64,000 nt of DNA from Chloroflexota bacterium (GCA_046328155.1 JAXLXC010000001.1:133222-197221); one strand, 5' to 3'. Counted from the stretch's first letter, positions 1 to 9,626 are shown. The notes: a model not told the origin generated them from the letters alone. Made by a program: numbers and translations.

Positions 1-322
1 GCACGAGCGGGATGGGATAGCCGAACACCAGCGCGAGCAGCGCGAACCAGACGGTGTTGCGGATGGCCGTCCAGAATAGCGGGTCGTTCCAGACCCGCGC
101 GAAGTTGTCGAGGCCCACGAAGGTCGGGTCGCTCACCAGGTTGGTGTCCTGGACGCTCATGACCACCGCCCGCACGATGGGCAGCCACGAGAAGACGCCA
201 AAGATGACCAGCAGCGGCACCAGGAACAGGAAGGTGCCGATGCCCTCGCGCAGGCGCTCCATGGTCCAGCGGCGCGGACGCGCCACGGCCCGGGCGTGGG
301 CTGGTGCGGCGTCGCTGGTCAT
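1..322 (-). CDS. sugar ABC transporter permease, N-terminal part (gene runs off the window start)
   Basis: Own translation of the minus strand from the ATG at 322 gives MTSDAAPAHARAVARPRRWTMERLREGIGTFLFLVPLLVIFGVFSWLPIVRAVVMSVQDTNLV... This has a TM helix followed by the typical MalF/UgpA-type start. It lies directly downstream of the solute-binding gene. It is absent from the ORF track because it has no stop in the window. Confidence 0.7.
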   Translation of the reverse strand, partial: MTSDAAPAHARAVARPRRWTMERLREGIGTFLFLVPLLVIFGVFSWLPIVRAVVMSVQDTNLVSDPTFVGLDNFARVWNDPLFWTAIRNTVWFALLALVFGYPIPLV

Positions 323-419
323 GCGGTGGGGGACCTCCCCGACGGTGGTCGACATGGCGCGGATGCGAACGACGGGGCCCGCCCAGGTCGGACGGACCCC
401 GTCGGTTCGATCGAGGAGC

Positions 420-1814
420 CTACTGCGCGGCGGCCGCGTCCGCGTCGATGAGCGCCTGGACCTGGCTCTGCGCGTCGGTCAGGAGCGCATCGATGTCCGC
501 GTTCTCGTCGGTGAGGACGGCCTGGACGACGGTGTCCAGGATCGCGTACATCTCCTGGGTGTGGTGGCTGGGCTCGCCCACGAGCTGCTGGTCGTAGATG
601 CCGTCGGTGAAGCCGGTCATCTGGTCGAGCGGCACGTTGATGTAGTCCTTGATCCACTCCCGGGACTGCTCCAGGGTGGCCTGGTCGAAGATGGGCATCG
701 ACGGGGTGCCCACCGGCTGACCGTCGGCGGCGAGCGTCTGCGCGTCGAGCACCGCCGCGTCCTTGTCCAGCAGCTTCTGCATGTAGTAGAAGTCGATCCA
801 GCGGACCGCTGCCGCCTGCTCCTCGGGCGTCGCCTTGACGTTGACCGCGGCGATGTCGCCGCCGATGAGCACGCCCGCGTCGGGGCTGTCGCTCAGGGGC
901 ACGGTGGTCAGGCCATAGATGGCCGGGTCGATCTGCTGCGCCTGCACCAGGTTGGTGTAGACGTCGGCGCCCTGGGTGTACATGCCCACCTGGCCGGCCG
1001 CGAAGGCCTGGTTGGAGGAGCCCCAGTCGAGCAGGAAGTTGGAGCCCATCGAGTCGTCCTCCCAGCGCAGGGCCTTGAGGAACTCGAGGGCCTCCTTGGT
1101 GGCCGGGTTGTTGACGGTCGAGGTGACGGTGCCGTCCTCGTTGACCTGCTCCATGCGGCCGCCACGGGCGTACGTCGCCACGGTGGTCTGCCAGCCGCCG
1201 GTGTTGTTCTGGCTCATCTGGACATAGCCGGCCTGGCCGGTCTGCTCGGCGATCTGCTTGGCGGCCGCCCGGACCTCGTCCCAGGTCGTGGGGGGCGCGT
1301 CGGGGTCGAGACCCGCCTGCTCGAACAGCTGGCGGTTGTACTGGAGGCCGATGGCATAGCCCTGCCGCGGCACGCCGTAGATGTGGCCCTGGTCGTCCTG
1401 GGCCGTCGCCAGCACGTTGGGGTTGAACTTGTCGCCGTACGGCAGCGCCTTGACGAGGTCGGTGATGTCGGCGAGCTGGCCCTGCTCGATGAGCGACTTG
1501 CCGTCCGTGTAGGGGATGGTGAACACGTCGGGCAGCGTGCCGCCCGCGAGCATCGCGGCGAACGTGGGCCCGGTCCAGTTGTACTCGTGGGCCACGATGT
1601 CGATGTCGGGGTTGGCCGCCTCGAACTGGGTGACCTGGGCATCGAACGCGTGGAACGCGTCCTCCGAGTCGCCGGGTCGGAGGCTCACCACGTCGAGGAT
1701 GAGCTTGTCCTGTGCGCTGGCCGGGGCCACGAGGCCTGCGGCGAGCATGCCGACGGTCGCGGTCGCCGCGAGGGCGATCATCGAGCGTCGTGCCCGGGTG
1801 CTGCGTGTGGTCAT
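420..1814 (-). CDS. ABC transporter extracellular sugar-binding protein (family 1 SBP)
   Basis: 464-aa ORF with an N-terminal signal/TAT-like region (RARRSMIALAATATVGMLAAGLVAPASA) and SBP_bac_1-like sequence throughout. GGAGGAG RBS upstream. Flanked by a permease and a GH13 gene. Confidence 0.9.
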   Translation of the reverse strand: MTTRSTRARRSMIALAATATVGMLAAGLVAPASAQDKLILDVVSLRPGDSEDAFHAFDAQVTQFEAANPDIDIVAHEYNWTGPTFAAMLAGGTLPDVFTIPYTDGKSLIEQGQLADITDLVKALPYGDKFNPNVLATAQDDQGHIYGVPRQGYAIGLQYNRQLFEQAGLDPDAPPTTWDEVRAAAKQIAEQTGQAGYVQMSQNNTGGWQTTVATYARGGRMEQVNEDGTVTSTVNNPATKEALEFLKALRWEDDSMGSNFLLDWGSSNQAFAAGQVGMYTQGADVYTNLVQAQQIDPAIYGLTTVPLSDSPDAGVLIGGDIAAVNVKATPEEQAAAVRWIDFYYMQKLLDKDAAVLDAQTLAADGQPVGTPSMPIFDQATLEQSREWIKDYINVPLDQMTGFTDGIYDQQLVGEPSHHTQEMYAILDTVVQAVLTDENADIDALLTDAQSQVQALIDADAAAAQ

Positions 1815-1892
1815 CGAATGCTCCTCCGGTGGTCCTTCCTGCCTGCGCGACCGGTCCGGTCGCGTCCGCCCTGGAACGGGTCTCGCCTCACG

Positions 1893-3653
1893 TCATCCGC
1901 GCCCTCCCTCCCATGCCAGCGGAGGGGTTGGCACGCGGAGCCACGCCGTTGCGTCGGCGGGCAGCCGCCCGTCGACGATGGGCGCGCTGGCGAGCAGCGG
2001 TGATGTGCCCGCGGGCAGCGGCACCGCCGCGGGCGACAGGTTGGCGAGGCACGCGAAGCCATCGCCGCGCGCGAACGAGAGGATGTCCGTGGGGGTGCGC
2101 AGCCAACGGAAGCCGCCGCGCAACGCCGGCTCGGCATGCCGGATGGCGAGCATCTCGCGGTACAGCCAGAGCATCGAGCGGGGGTCCGCGAGCTGGGCCT
2201 CCACGGTGAGGTCGGCCCACCCCGCCGGCTGTGGGAGCCATGGCTCGCCACGGGCACCGGCGGGGCTGAAACCGAACGGCGGGGTCGTGCCGGACCATGG
2301 CAATGGCACGCGGCAGCCATCACGCCCGGGGTCGGTGCCCCCCGAGCGGTGGTACATGGGGTCCTCGATCCGCTCGGCGGGGATGTCGGCGACCTCGTCC
2401 AGGCCCAGCTCGTCCCCCTGGTAGATGTAGAGCGCGCCGGGGAGGGCGCCCACCAGGAGCGCCGCGGCCCGCGCGCGCCGACGCCCGAGGTCGAGGTCGG
2501 TGGGGATGCCCTGGCGCTTGCGCAGGAACGCGAACGAGCTGTCCTCGCGACCGAGGCGGGTCACGGGACGGGTGACGTCGTGGTTCGAGAGGACCCACGT
2601 GGCGGGCGCCCCGATGGGCGCGTGCGCGGCGAGCGTGCGGTCGATCGAGGCCCGCAGCGCCTCGGCCGCCCACGGCTGCTCCAGGAAGTCGAAGTTGAAG
2701 GCCGTGTGCAGCTCGTCGGGCCGGAGGTACAGCGCGAAGCGGTCCACGTCCGGCAGCCACACCTCGCCCACCAGGATCCGCGTGCCCGGGTAGCCGTCGG
2801 CGACCGCGCGCCAGCCGCGGTAGATGTCGTGCAGCTCGTCGCGGTCGGTGTTGGGGTGTCCGCCCGGCGGCACGACGCTGCCGGGTGCCGGCTCCTCGGG
2901 GAGCGCCGGGTCCTTGACCAGCAGCGCCGCGGAGTCGATGCGCACCCCCGCGGCTCCTCGGTCGAACCAGAACCGGAGGATGTCCTCGTGCTCCCGACGC
3001 ACGTCCGGATGCCCCCAGTTGAGGTCCGGCTGACGCACCGAGAAGAGATGCAGGTACCACTCGCCCGGCGACCCGTCGGGATCGGTCGTGCGGGTCCAGG
3101 TGGTGCCCGAGAAGTTGCTGCGCCAGCTCGTGGGCATGACCGAGCCGTCCGGGCCCTTGCCGGGATGGAACCAGAACCGGGCGCGCTCGGGGGAGCCGGG
3201 TCCCGCGGCCAGCGCCGCCTGGAACCACCGGTGCTGGTCGGAGACGTGGTTGGGGACCACGTCGATGATGGTCCGGATGCCCATCCCAAGGGCCTCGGCG
3301 ATGAGCGCCTCCGCCTCCGCGAGGGTCCCGAACCGCGGGTCGATCGCACGATAGTCGGCGACGTCGTAGCCGCCGTCCGCGAGGGGCGAGACGTACCACG
3401 GGGTGATCCAGATGGCGTCGATGCCCAGGTCGCGCAGATAGCCCAGACGGGACCGGATGCCCGCGATGTCGCCGATGCCGTCGCCGTTCGCGTCCGCGAA
3501 GCTGCGTGGATAGACCTGGTAGATGACCGCGTCCCGCCACCAGGCCGGGTCATCGTCCGGGGGCGACACCGGCGTGTCGGCGGACGTCGTCGGGCGTGTC
3601 GGCACGGCAGGCGCGATGGTGGCCGGGACTGTCAGGCCGGTGGCTTCCGCCAC
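1893..3653 (-). CDS. GH13 alpha-glucosidase / oligo-1,6-glucosidase-like enzyme
   Basis: 586-aa ORF with a GTG start and GGAGGA RBS. Hallmark GH13 motifs are present: WWRDAVIYQVYPRSFADANGDGIGD, IDVVPNHVSDQH, GVRIDSA, VGEVW and LSNHD. Confidence 0.9.
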   Translation of the reverse strand: MAEATGLTVPATIAPAVPTRPTTSADTPVSPPDDDPAWWRDAVIYQVYPRSFADANGDGIGDIAGIRSRLGYLRDLGIDAIWITPWYVSPLADGGYDVADYRAIDPRFGTLAEAEALIAEALGMGIRTIIDVVPNHVSDQHRWFQAALAAGPGSPERARFWFHPGKGPDGSVMPTSWRSNFSGTTWTRTTDPDGSPGEWYLHLFSVRQPDLNWGHPDVRREHEDILRFWFDRGAAGVRIDSAALLVKDPALPEEPAPGSVVPPGGHPNTDRDELHDIYRGWRAVADGYPGTRILVGEVWLPDVDRFALYLRPDELHTAFNFDFLEQPWAAEALRASIDRTLAAHAPIGAPATWVLSNHDVTRPVTRLGREDSSFAFLRKRQGIPTDLDLGRRRARAAALLVGALPGALYIYQGDELGLDEVADIPAERIEDPMYHRSGGTDPGRDGCRVPLPWSGTTPPFGFSPAGARGEPWLPQPAGWADLTVEAQLADPRSMLWLYREMLAIRHAEPALRGGFRWLRTPTDILSFARGDGFACLANLSPAAVPLPAGTSPLLASAPIVDGRLPADATAWLRVPTPPLAWEGGRG

Positions 3654-3782
3654 GACGCTCCATCCTCCGTGACCCTGTGCTACCGATCGGCAACCTCAGC
3701 GGGTCTCGGATGGAACGTACCATATCGGACAACAGTAACGCAAGAACTTGACAAGCAAGCGAAGGAGTCCGCGAGGTGACGC

Positions 3783-4796
3783 CTAGGAGGCGGGGCTGAC
3801 GGGCCCCGTGGAGCCGCGGACCACCAGCTCCGGGCGGAAGCGGAGCTCGTCGAGGGGGACGCTGCGACCCTCGATCTGGGCGATGAGCAGCTCGATGACC
3901 ATGCGGCCCATGGCCTCGATGGGCTGCCGGACCGTGGTCAGCGGCGGCTCCGTGCAGTTCATGAGCGCCGAGTCGTCGTAGCCCACGATGGACACGTCGC
4001 CCGGCACGCCCAAGCCCAGCTGGCGGGCGGCGCGGATGGCGCCCAGGGCCATCGGGTCGCTGGCGCACACGATCCCGGTGACCCCCGTGCGCAGCAGCCG
4101 GACCGCGGCCGCCTGGGCCGCCTCGAGCGAGTACAGCGAGCGCACGACGTGGGACGCGGGCAGGGCGATCCCGGCCCGAACGGCGACCGTCTGCGCCGCT
4201 TCCAGCTTCCGGTTCGATGGGATGTGGTCGGCGGGGCCCAGCAGCAGGCCGATACGGCTGTGGCCGAGGGAGACGAGATGGCCCATCGCCTGCTCCGCGG
4301 CCACCGCGTCGTCGCACACCACGGCCGGGAACCCCAGGCCGTCGATGGCCGCGTTGACCAGCACCGTGGGCAGGTTGCGCTGGGTCAGCTCGGCGTAGTG
4401 GTCGTGGGGGGCGTTCGCCTGCGCGTACAGACCGCCCGCGAACACCACCCCGCTCACCTGGTGCTGGAGCAGCAGCTCGATGTAGTCCGCCTCCGTCACG
4501 CCGCCCGCCGTCTGGGTGCACAACACGGCGGTGTAGCCCTGCTGGGCGAGCGCGCCGCCGACCACCTCCGCGAACGCTGGGAAGATGGGGTTCTGGAGCT
4601 CCGGCAGGACCAGGCCCACGAGACGCGCCCGCTCGCCACGGAGCTTGGTGGGTCGCTCGTAGCCCAGGACGTCGAGCGCGGTCAGCACCGCCTGCCGAGT
4701 GGCCTCGCTGACGCCGGGCTTGCCGTTGAGCACCCGGCTCACGGTGGCCTCGCTCACCCCGACCTTGCGTGCGACCTCAGCCAGCCGTCGTGCCAT
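3783..4796 (-). CDS. LacI family transcriptional regulator
   Basis: 337-aa ORF with the N-terminal HTH VARKVGVSEATVSRVLNG and a periplasmic-binding-protein-like sugar-binding core. Confidence 0.9.
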   Translation of the reverse strand: MARRLAEVARKVGVSEATVSRVLNGKPGVSEATRQAVLTALDVLGYERPTKLRGERARLVGLVLPELQNPIFPAFAEVVGGALAQQGYTAVLCTQTAGGVTEADYIELLLQHQVSGVVFAGGLYAQANAPHDHYAELTQRNLPTVLVNAAIDGLGFPAVVCDDAVAAEQAMGHLVSLGHSRIGLLLGPADHIPSNRKLEAAQTVAVRAGIALPASHVVRSLYSLEAAQAAAVRLLRTGVTGIVCASDPMALGAIRAARQLGLGVPGDVSIVGYDDSALMNCTEPPLTTVRQPIEAMGRMVIELLIAQIEGRSVPLDELRFRPELVVRGSTGPVSPAS

Positions 4797-4814
4797 GCCG
4801 CAAGTCTATCGCAA

Positions 4815-4832
4815 GCAAACGCAAGTGTTTGC
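4815..4832. promoter_or_regulatory. candidate operator: inverted repeat GCAAAC-N6-GTTTGC in the LacI/hydrolase intergenic region
   Basis: The sequence gcaaacgcaagtgtttgc was read directly. It sits in an AT-richer stretch just upstream of the LacI start codon. The half-sites resemble LacI-family operators but the spacing is atypical. Confidence 0.3.
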
Positions 4833-4919
4833 AGTGTTTGACCGGACCGACCCTCATGGCCCGTCGTCGATGATGATTGGGCCCGCCCGCTCACGCGTCA
4901 GTCCCCAGGAGGCTGCGAC

Positions 4920-5681
4920 ATGTGCTTCGACACCGATTCCCACCCGCCCGTCGCACCCATCGCGGGTGCCGCCGTGGATGGGGCCCATCTGACGCTCCAG
5001 GCGGCGGATGGCAACCGGTTCACGGCCTATCGGACCCGCGCCACCACCCCGGGCCCGGCGCGGATGGTGGTGCTGCCGGACATCCGGGGCCTGTTCTCGT
5101 TCTACGAGGAGCTGGCGCTCCGGTTCGCGGAGGCGGGCATCGACGCCCTGGCCATCGACTACTTCGGGCGGACGGCGGGCGTGGGCACGCGGGACGCCGA
5201 CTTCGAGTTCCGGCCCCATGTCGACCAGACCACGTGGGCCGGGCTGTCCGCCGACATCGCGACGGGGGTGACGGCGCTGCGTGCCGACGCACCGGACGCG
5301 CGGGTGTTCGCGGTCGGCTTCTGCTTCGGCGGTCGGCTCGCCTTCGATGCCGCGACGCTGGTCTTGGGCCTCGCGGGCGTGATCGGCTTCTATGGCGTGC
5401 CGACCGGGCCGCGTCTTGACCTGCCGGCGCCGGCCGAGGTGGCGAGCGCCATGGCCTCGCCCGTCCTGGGCCTGTTCGGGGGTGCCGACCCAAGCATCCC
5501 CGCCGAGATGGTGGCGGCGTTCGGGGGCGCGCTGACGGGCGCGGGGGTCGAGCACGAGCTGGTGACGTACGAGGGCGCGCCCCACAGCTTCTTCGACCGC
5601 AAGGCCGCCGAGTTCGCTGCTGCCTCCGAGGACGCGTGGCGGCGCATCCTCGCCTTCGTTGAGCGCCATGTGACGTCCTGA
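4920..5681 (+). CDS. dienelactone hydrolase family protein
   Basis: 253-aa ORF with an AGGAGG RBS. Shows the DLH-like pattern VVLPDIRGLFSFYEELALRFAEAGIDALAIDYFGR and the nucleophile-elbow region VGFCFGG. Confidence 0.85.
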   Translation: MCFDTDSHPPVAPIAGAAVDGAHLTLQAADGNRFTAYRTRATTPGPARMVVLPDIRGLFSFYEELALRFAEAGIDALAIDYFGRTAGVGTRDADFEFRPHVDQTTWAGLSADIATGVTALRADAPDARVFAVGFCFGGRLAFDAATLVLGLAGVIGFYGVPTGPRLDLPAPAEVASAMASPVLGLFGGADPSIPAEMVAAFGGALTGAGVEHELVTYEGAPHSFFDRKAAEFAAASEDAWRRILAFVERHVTS

Positions 5682-5696
5682 GGTCGACGGCTACTC

Positions 5697-5885
5697 TCAA
5701 GATCCTAGAGTAGTTGCCAAGCTTCGGGGCTCGCCGGGCGAGCGCCGGAGCCGCCAGTAGCCACGCGGGTCGTTGGCGGACATGCGCACGGCCTCCACCA
5801 ACCCCGCCGTCTCCAGTCGATGCAGGTAGGTCAGGGCCGTCGGCCGCGAGACCCCCAGCAGCTGCACCGTCTCGGTCGTGGTCAC
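5697..5885 (-). CDS. small winged-helix DNA-binding protein (possibly the C-terminal remnant of a larger gene)
   Basis: 62 aa with a GTG start. The wHTH-like segment is ETVQLLGVSRPTALTYLHRLETAGLVEAV. The start overlaps, as GTGA, the stop of a very short upstream reading frame. Confidence 0.4.
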   Translation of the reverse strand: MTTTETVQLLGVSRPTALTYLHRLETAGLVEAVRMSANDPRGYWRLRRSPGEPRSLATTLGS

Positions 5886-6080
5886 TCGGCCACGCGCGCG
5901 AGATGCTCGGCGAAGCGCTCGGAACCGGCCGGCAGGTGCGCGCGGCCATCAGGAGGCATGTCCTGGGCCACCGACCCATCGACGATCGCCGGCCCTGCGG
6001 TGGGGCTCGGCGGCAGCGTGCGGCGTGCCGTGGCACCATCTCACCCCGATTGGGAGACCTGACCCACGGAGGCTCCACAC

Positions 6081-7283
6081 ATGCGCAGGATCGCGCTGGC
6101 CATCGCCGCCGGGCTCATGCTCGTCGCCACCACCGTCATCGCAGCCGAGCCGGATGACTCCAGCGGCGGCGTGGTGACACCCCTCATCAGTGGCCAGGAG
6201 CTGGCCGATTCGCTCATGGAGTGGGACGGCTACGACTTCGCGGACGCCGGTGACATCTGGCCGGGCGCGCTCCGCTCCGGCCCCTCGTCGCTCTCCGACC
6301 CCAACGACCCGTTCGGCGGCGACGGCACCATCTGGATCCTGCCGGAGCTGGACCAGCCCGCGCACGTCCTGGTGGAGGTGCGGCTGTCCGAGATGGCCAA
6401 CGCCTCGATCTGGGGCAACCTCCAGCGGATCATGGAGGAGCTGAGCCTCACCCCCGAGGAGCAGCAGGACGTCTACGCCGGCCTGGGCAAGGTCCTGGGC
6501 GCCGGCTACGCGGTGGCCGGCGACGACGAGGAGTCGTCGAACGCCGATGCGCCGTTCGCCGGCGGCGTGGCCCTGTGGCAGGTGCAGACCCGTGGCTTCG
6601 AGACCGTCCCCGACGGCCAGACCGCGCCCCTGGTGCCCATGCCTGACGGTGGCGTGACCCTGGAGATCGTGCCGGACGGCCAGGATTCGGCGGTGCTGCC
6701 GATGCCGGAGCCCACCCCCACGCCCACCATCGAGCCCACCCCCACGCCACGCAGGACCGCCAAGCCGACCGCCCGGCCGACGGCGACGCCCGCGTTCACG
6801 CAGGCCCCCTCGCCCAAGAACTGGGTGTGCGACGGCAGCGACACCATCATCCCGGATCCGCTGCTCAAGGGCTGGAACATCCAGCGCGTCAACTGGGGCA
6901 AGCGCAGCGGCTATGACCGGATCACCATCACGCTCAGCCGCTACAACTCGCTGGGCGGCAACGGCGCGCAGGCCATCACCCACGTGCTGGAATCCGACCA
7001 GGTGAGCTCCACGCTCAAGGTCAAGGAACCCAAGGACGGCGCCTGGTCCGTCGCGCTGGGGCTGTTCCAGGACGTCCGGCTAACGTGGTCGCTCGACCGG
7101 GAGCTGTCCGGGCTGGGTGCCGTCGAGGCCATCACCCTGGGCAAGGACAACAACGGCTACCCGTGGCTCGTGGTCGGGACGGACGAGGTGCCGCCCTGCT
7201 ACCAGCTCCAGGTGCCGGCGTGGACCGCCAGCAACCCCAAGAACCAGCAGTCCATCCAGGTGTTCCTGGACATCAAGAGCTGA
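6081..7283 (+). CDS. secreted hypothetical protein with a Pro/Thr-rich linker
   Basis: 400-aa ORF with a signal peptide (MRRIALAIAAGLMLVATTVIAAEP) and a PT-rich linker (PEPTPTPTIEPTPTPRRTAKPTARPTATP). No catalytic motif recognised. Confidence 0.7.
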   Translation: MRRIALAIAAGLMLVATTVIAAEPDDSSGGVVTPLISGQELADSLMEWDGYDFADAGDIWPGALRSGPSSLSDPNDPFGGDGTIWILPELDQPAHVLVEVRLSEMANASIWGNLQRIMEELSLTPEEQQDVYAGLGKVLGAGYAVAGDDEESSNADAPFAGGVALWQVQTRGFETVPDGQTAPLVPMPDGGVTLEIVPDGQDSAVLPMPEPTPTPTIEPTPTPRRTAKPTARPTATPAFTQAPSPKNWVCDGSDTIIPDPLLKGWNIQRVNWGKRSGYDRITITLSRYNSLGGNGAQAITHVLESDQVSSTLKVKEPKDGAWSVALGLFQDVRLTWSLDRELSGLGAVEAITLGKDNNGYPWLVVGTDEVPPCYQLQVPAWTASNPKNQQSIQVFLDIKS

Positions 7284-7345
7284 GGCACCGCGGGGCCCGG
7301 CGCCAGTCGGGCCCCCAGCGCCCATCGCCTATACTTCGGGACCCG

Positions 7346-7420
7346 GCCGACATAGCTCAGCGGTAGAGCAGCTGTTTCGTAAACAGCAGGTCCTCGGTTC
7401 AAATCCGAGTGTCGGCTCCA
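7346..7420 (+). tRNA. tRNA-Thr (anticodon CGU), CCA encoded
   Basis: Hand-folded cloverleaf. Acceptor stem GCCGACA/TGTCGGC, D stem GCTC/GAGC, anticodon stem GCTGT/ACAGC with loop TTCGTAA, T arm CTCGG-TTCAAAT-CCGAG, discriminator T followed by CCA. Confidence 0.9.
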
Positions 7421-7421
7421 C
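7384..7421 (+). repeat. direct repeat copy 1 (attL-like), equal to the 3' half of tRNA-Thr
   Basis: cagcaggtcctcggttcaaatccgagtgtcggctccac. Thirty nt are identical to 10849-10878, plus 7 more nt after a 1-nt indel. Confidence 0.85.
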
Positions 7422-7816
7422 CTTTCCCCGCACGAGATGGTGCCTCCTGGCACCACTGGGCCCGCGGCAGCAATGACCGGTAGCAGTCGGCGTACAGTGG
7501 CGCGCAAGCGCGATGGCCCCGAGGCTCTCACCCCGAGGCCACAAGGTCGCGCTCCTGTCTGGCGCAAGACGCCCAGCGCCCCCCAGATCGGCAAGGCGGT
7601 CGCGGACGCGTCGGGCACGGGACCGAAGGGCGACGGGGACCGCGAGCTGACGCGGGTGATGCGGCACCTGTCGCAGGTCGACAGCCACGAGGGGAACGAG
7701 CGCCTGTTCGGACGGTCGTCCGACAGGCTGGCGCGGCAAGTGCGCGACGCGCTCGGGACCAGGTGAAGGCGGTCGGCGGTCGGTCCGCGAGCACTGGTCT
7801 CTGAGAGGCGACGAGA

Positions 7817-8161
7817 TCATGGGCTCGCAAGAAGTCCTTCGACCATCATCACCGAGCTGGGATCATCGGACGTCCCCTTCAAGCAGGCATTCGAAACGTG
7901 GTCCCCTGCACGCATCCTGACTCTGCCTCGATCATCGAGAATCTCGAGCGAGGGTGCGAACCGTGCAGACCAGCCGGAAGGCCAGAGGAGCGGTGTCTGG
8001 TCTCCGGAGTCGTGGACGAGCCAGGCGATCCGGGGGTCCCCTGCGGCGCCGGCCAAGGTGGCTTCCACTGCAACCCCGCGACATCGCTCAGGGAACTCCG
8101 CGGCCGGCAGTGGACGCGCTGTCTGTGCGCCGCACCCGATCAGAAGCGCGGCGACCAGCAT
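7817..8161 (-). CDS. small putative lipoprotein
   Basis: An internal ATG at 8161 gives MLVAALLIGCGAQT..., with the lipobox LIGC. It is 114 aa and lies 62 bp downstream of the protease gene on the same strand. The longer track ORF (to 8401) has an Arg-rich, non-coding-looking N-terminus. Confidence 0.5.
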   Translation of the reverse strand: MLVAALLIGCGAQTARPLPAAEFPERCRGVAVEATLAGAAGDPRIAWLVHDSGDQTPLLWPSGWSARFAPSLEILDDRGRVRMRAGDHVSNACLKGTSDDPSSVMMVEGLLASP

Positions 8162-8223
8162 GATCGGCCACGCCGGCCCACGGCTCAAGGGATGGGCCCC
8201 CGGTCCCGGATCCGACGTCCGTT

Positions 8224-9480
8224 CTACTGGGTCACCACGGTCGCGTCGTAGGTGTTGAGTACGGTCTGGCGCTTGTGATCCCACGCGTAGCAGTGTTGCG
8301 CGTCGCCTCCCCGAGCGATGACGATGCCGCGGGCGCTGACGCCGCCGGACACCTCCCGGTGCACCCCGCCCCCGGAGTCGCCGCCCGAGCCCATGCTGCA
8401 ATTCGGACCCTGGGGAGCCTCCGTGAACGCGAGGCTGTTCGTGCAGCCCGACTCGTCGCAGAACTGCTCACTGAGCGAGTCGTAGGCGTAGCACACACGT
8501 AGGGTCGTGGCGCCGAACTGGCAGTAGACCACGCCCGTCGTGGGGTTCGCCGATCCGGTGACGGCCTTCGTCGTCGTCTGGTCATTCCACGCATACGACC
8601 GTGCGTTATACGCAGCTCCGTCGATGAGGACCAGATCGGGGTTCGGGAATCGTACGCCCTCGGTCGTACCGACCTGCTCGCTGTCGTTCCCGTTCCAGAC
8701 CGTGCGACCGTTGTTCCCGTTCGAGCAGTGGCCGGCAGTGACCATCACCGTTCCGTTCGTGTTGCTGTCGATGTAGAAACCCGTGGTGCAACCAGCATTG
8801 CCGATGTGGATGCGAGCGCCGCCACGGAACGGCGATGAATCACTGGTCCTGCTGGAGCGCGTGGCGTCGCCTCGCTCGTTCTTCCGGAGACGGAGGGTCT
8901 CGTCACGCCGGGCGTCGGCGACGTAATCCGAAGGCCGTCGGACGGACGCCGCGGCCTCCAGAGCGCGAACCACATCCTGCGTGTCGAAGGTCGCGTGGAC
9001 AATCACCGCGTCGCTGAGCGCGTCATACCCGGCGGAGGCGAAATCCCCGGGACCGTAGTTGAACGTGCGAAGTGCTTGCGATGCTGCGTCGATCACATCC
9101 TGGCCCACGCAACTGGGCGCGGCACGCACGTCCGACCCGGCGAGCCGCTCTCGCCAGGCCGCGAGGAATCGATCATCGACGACGACCGTGACGTCACGGC
9201 CGTCGAATACCACCGCCCGGAATCCGTCAGTCGCCTCGTACTTCGCCTGATGCGCCTCGAGTACGTCAGCTGCGGCGCCATCGAGGTTCGTTAGCACACG
9301 CTCGACAGACCCAGGGCAACTGGTCCGGTGGGAGACCTCCTCAGTCGTAAGCGCTGATGCACGTTCGCCCGCCGATGACGCAGCCCCCGGGACCCCGGTC
9401 GAAGCGGCAGCGACGAGGGCGGCTATGGGCAGGACCACAGTCACCCAGCGAATCGTCCGTGGTGCGAGGAGATGGGACAT
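8224..9480 (-). CDS. secreted S1 (chymotrypsin-fold, alpha-lytic/streptogrisin-like) serine protease with N-terminal pro-region
   Basis: Start at the ATG at 9480, preceded by GGAGG. Signal peptide MSHLLAPRTIRWVTVVLPIAALVAAAS. Catalytic motifs are TAGHC (His) and GDSGGG (Ser). The multiple Cys pairs are typical of S1E enzymes. Confidence 0.85.
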   Translation of the reverse strand: MSHLLAPRTIRWVTVVLPIAALVAAASTGVPGAASSAGERASALTTEEVSHRTSCPGSVERVLTNLDGAAADVLEAHQAKYEATDGFRAVVFDGRDVTVVVDDRFLAAWRERLAGSDVRAAPSCVGQDVIDAASQALRTFNYGPGDFASAGYDALSDAVIVHATFDTQDVVRALEAAASVRRPSDYVADARRDETLRLRKNERGDATRSSRTSDSSPFRGGARIHIGNAGCTTGFYIDSNTNGTVMVTAGHCSNGNNGRTVWNGNDSEQVGTTEGVRFPNPDLVLIDGAAYNARSYAWNDQTTTKAVTGSANPTTGVVYCQFGATTLRVCYAYDSLSEQFCDESGCTNSLAFTEAPQGPNCSMGSGGDSGGGVHREVSGGVSARGIVIARGGDAQHCYAWDHKRQTVLNTYDATVVTQ

Positions 9481-9626
9481 CACCAGCCTCCAATCCTGAC
9501 CTGCCGACGTGACTGGGCCGAACACCCCCGATCCCAGTCAACCAAGCAGCCGTCCAGTACGACGCGCGGACTCTCCTCGATGTTGCATCAGTCTGTCACC
9601 TCGCACCATGCGGTCGCGCTGAGGAC

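Noticed and set aside
54-2003. 649-aa forward ORF covering the start of the window
   Set aside because: It is antisense to the well-supported sugar-binding protein and permease genes. The composition is Arg/Gly/Val-rich and low-complexity, with no motifs. This is a typical long spurious ORF in ~70% GC DNA.
7437-7766. 109-aa forward ORF directly after tRNA-Thr, considered as an integrase N-terminus or excisionase
   Set aside because: I could find no recognisable integrase/Xis motif, RBS or coding-like periodicity. It is left as unassigned island DNA.
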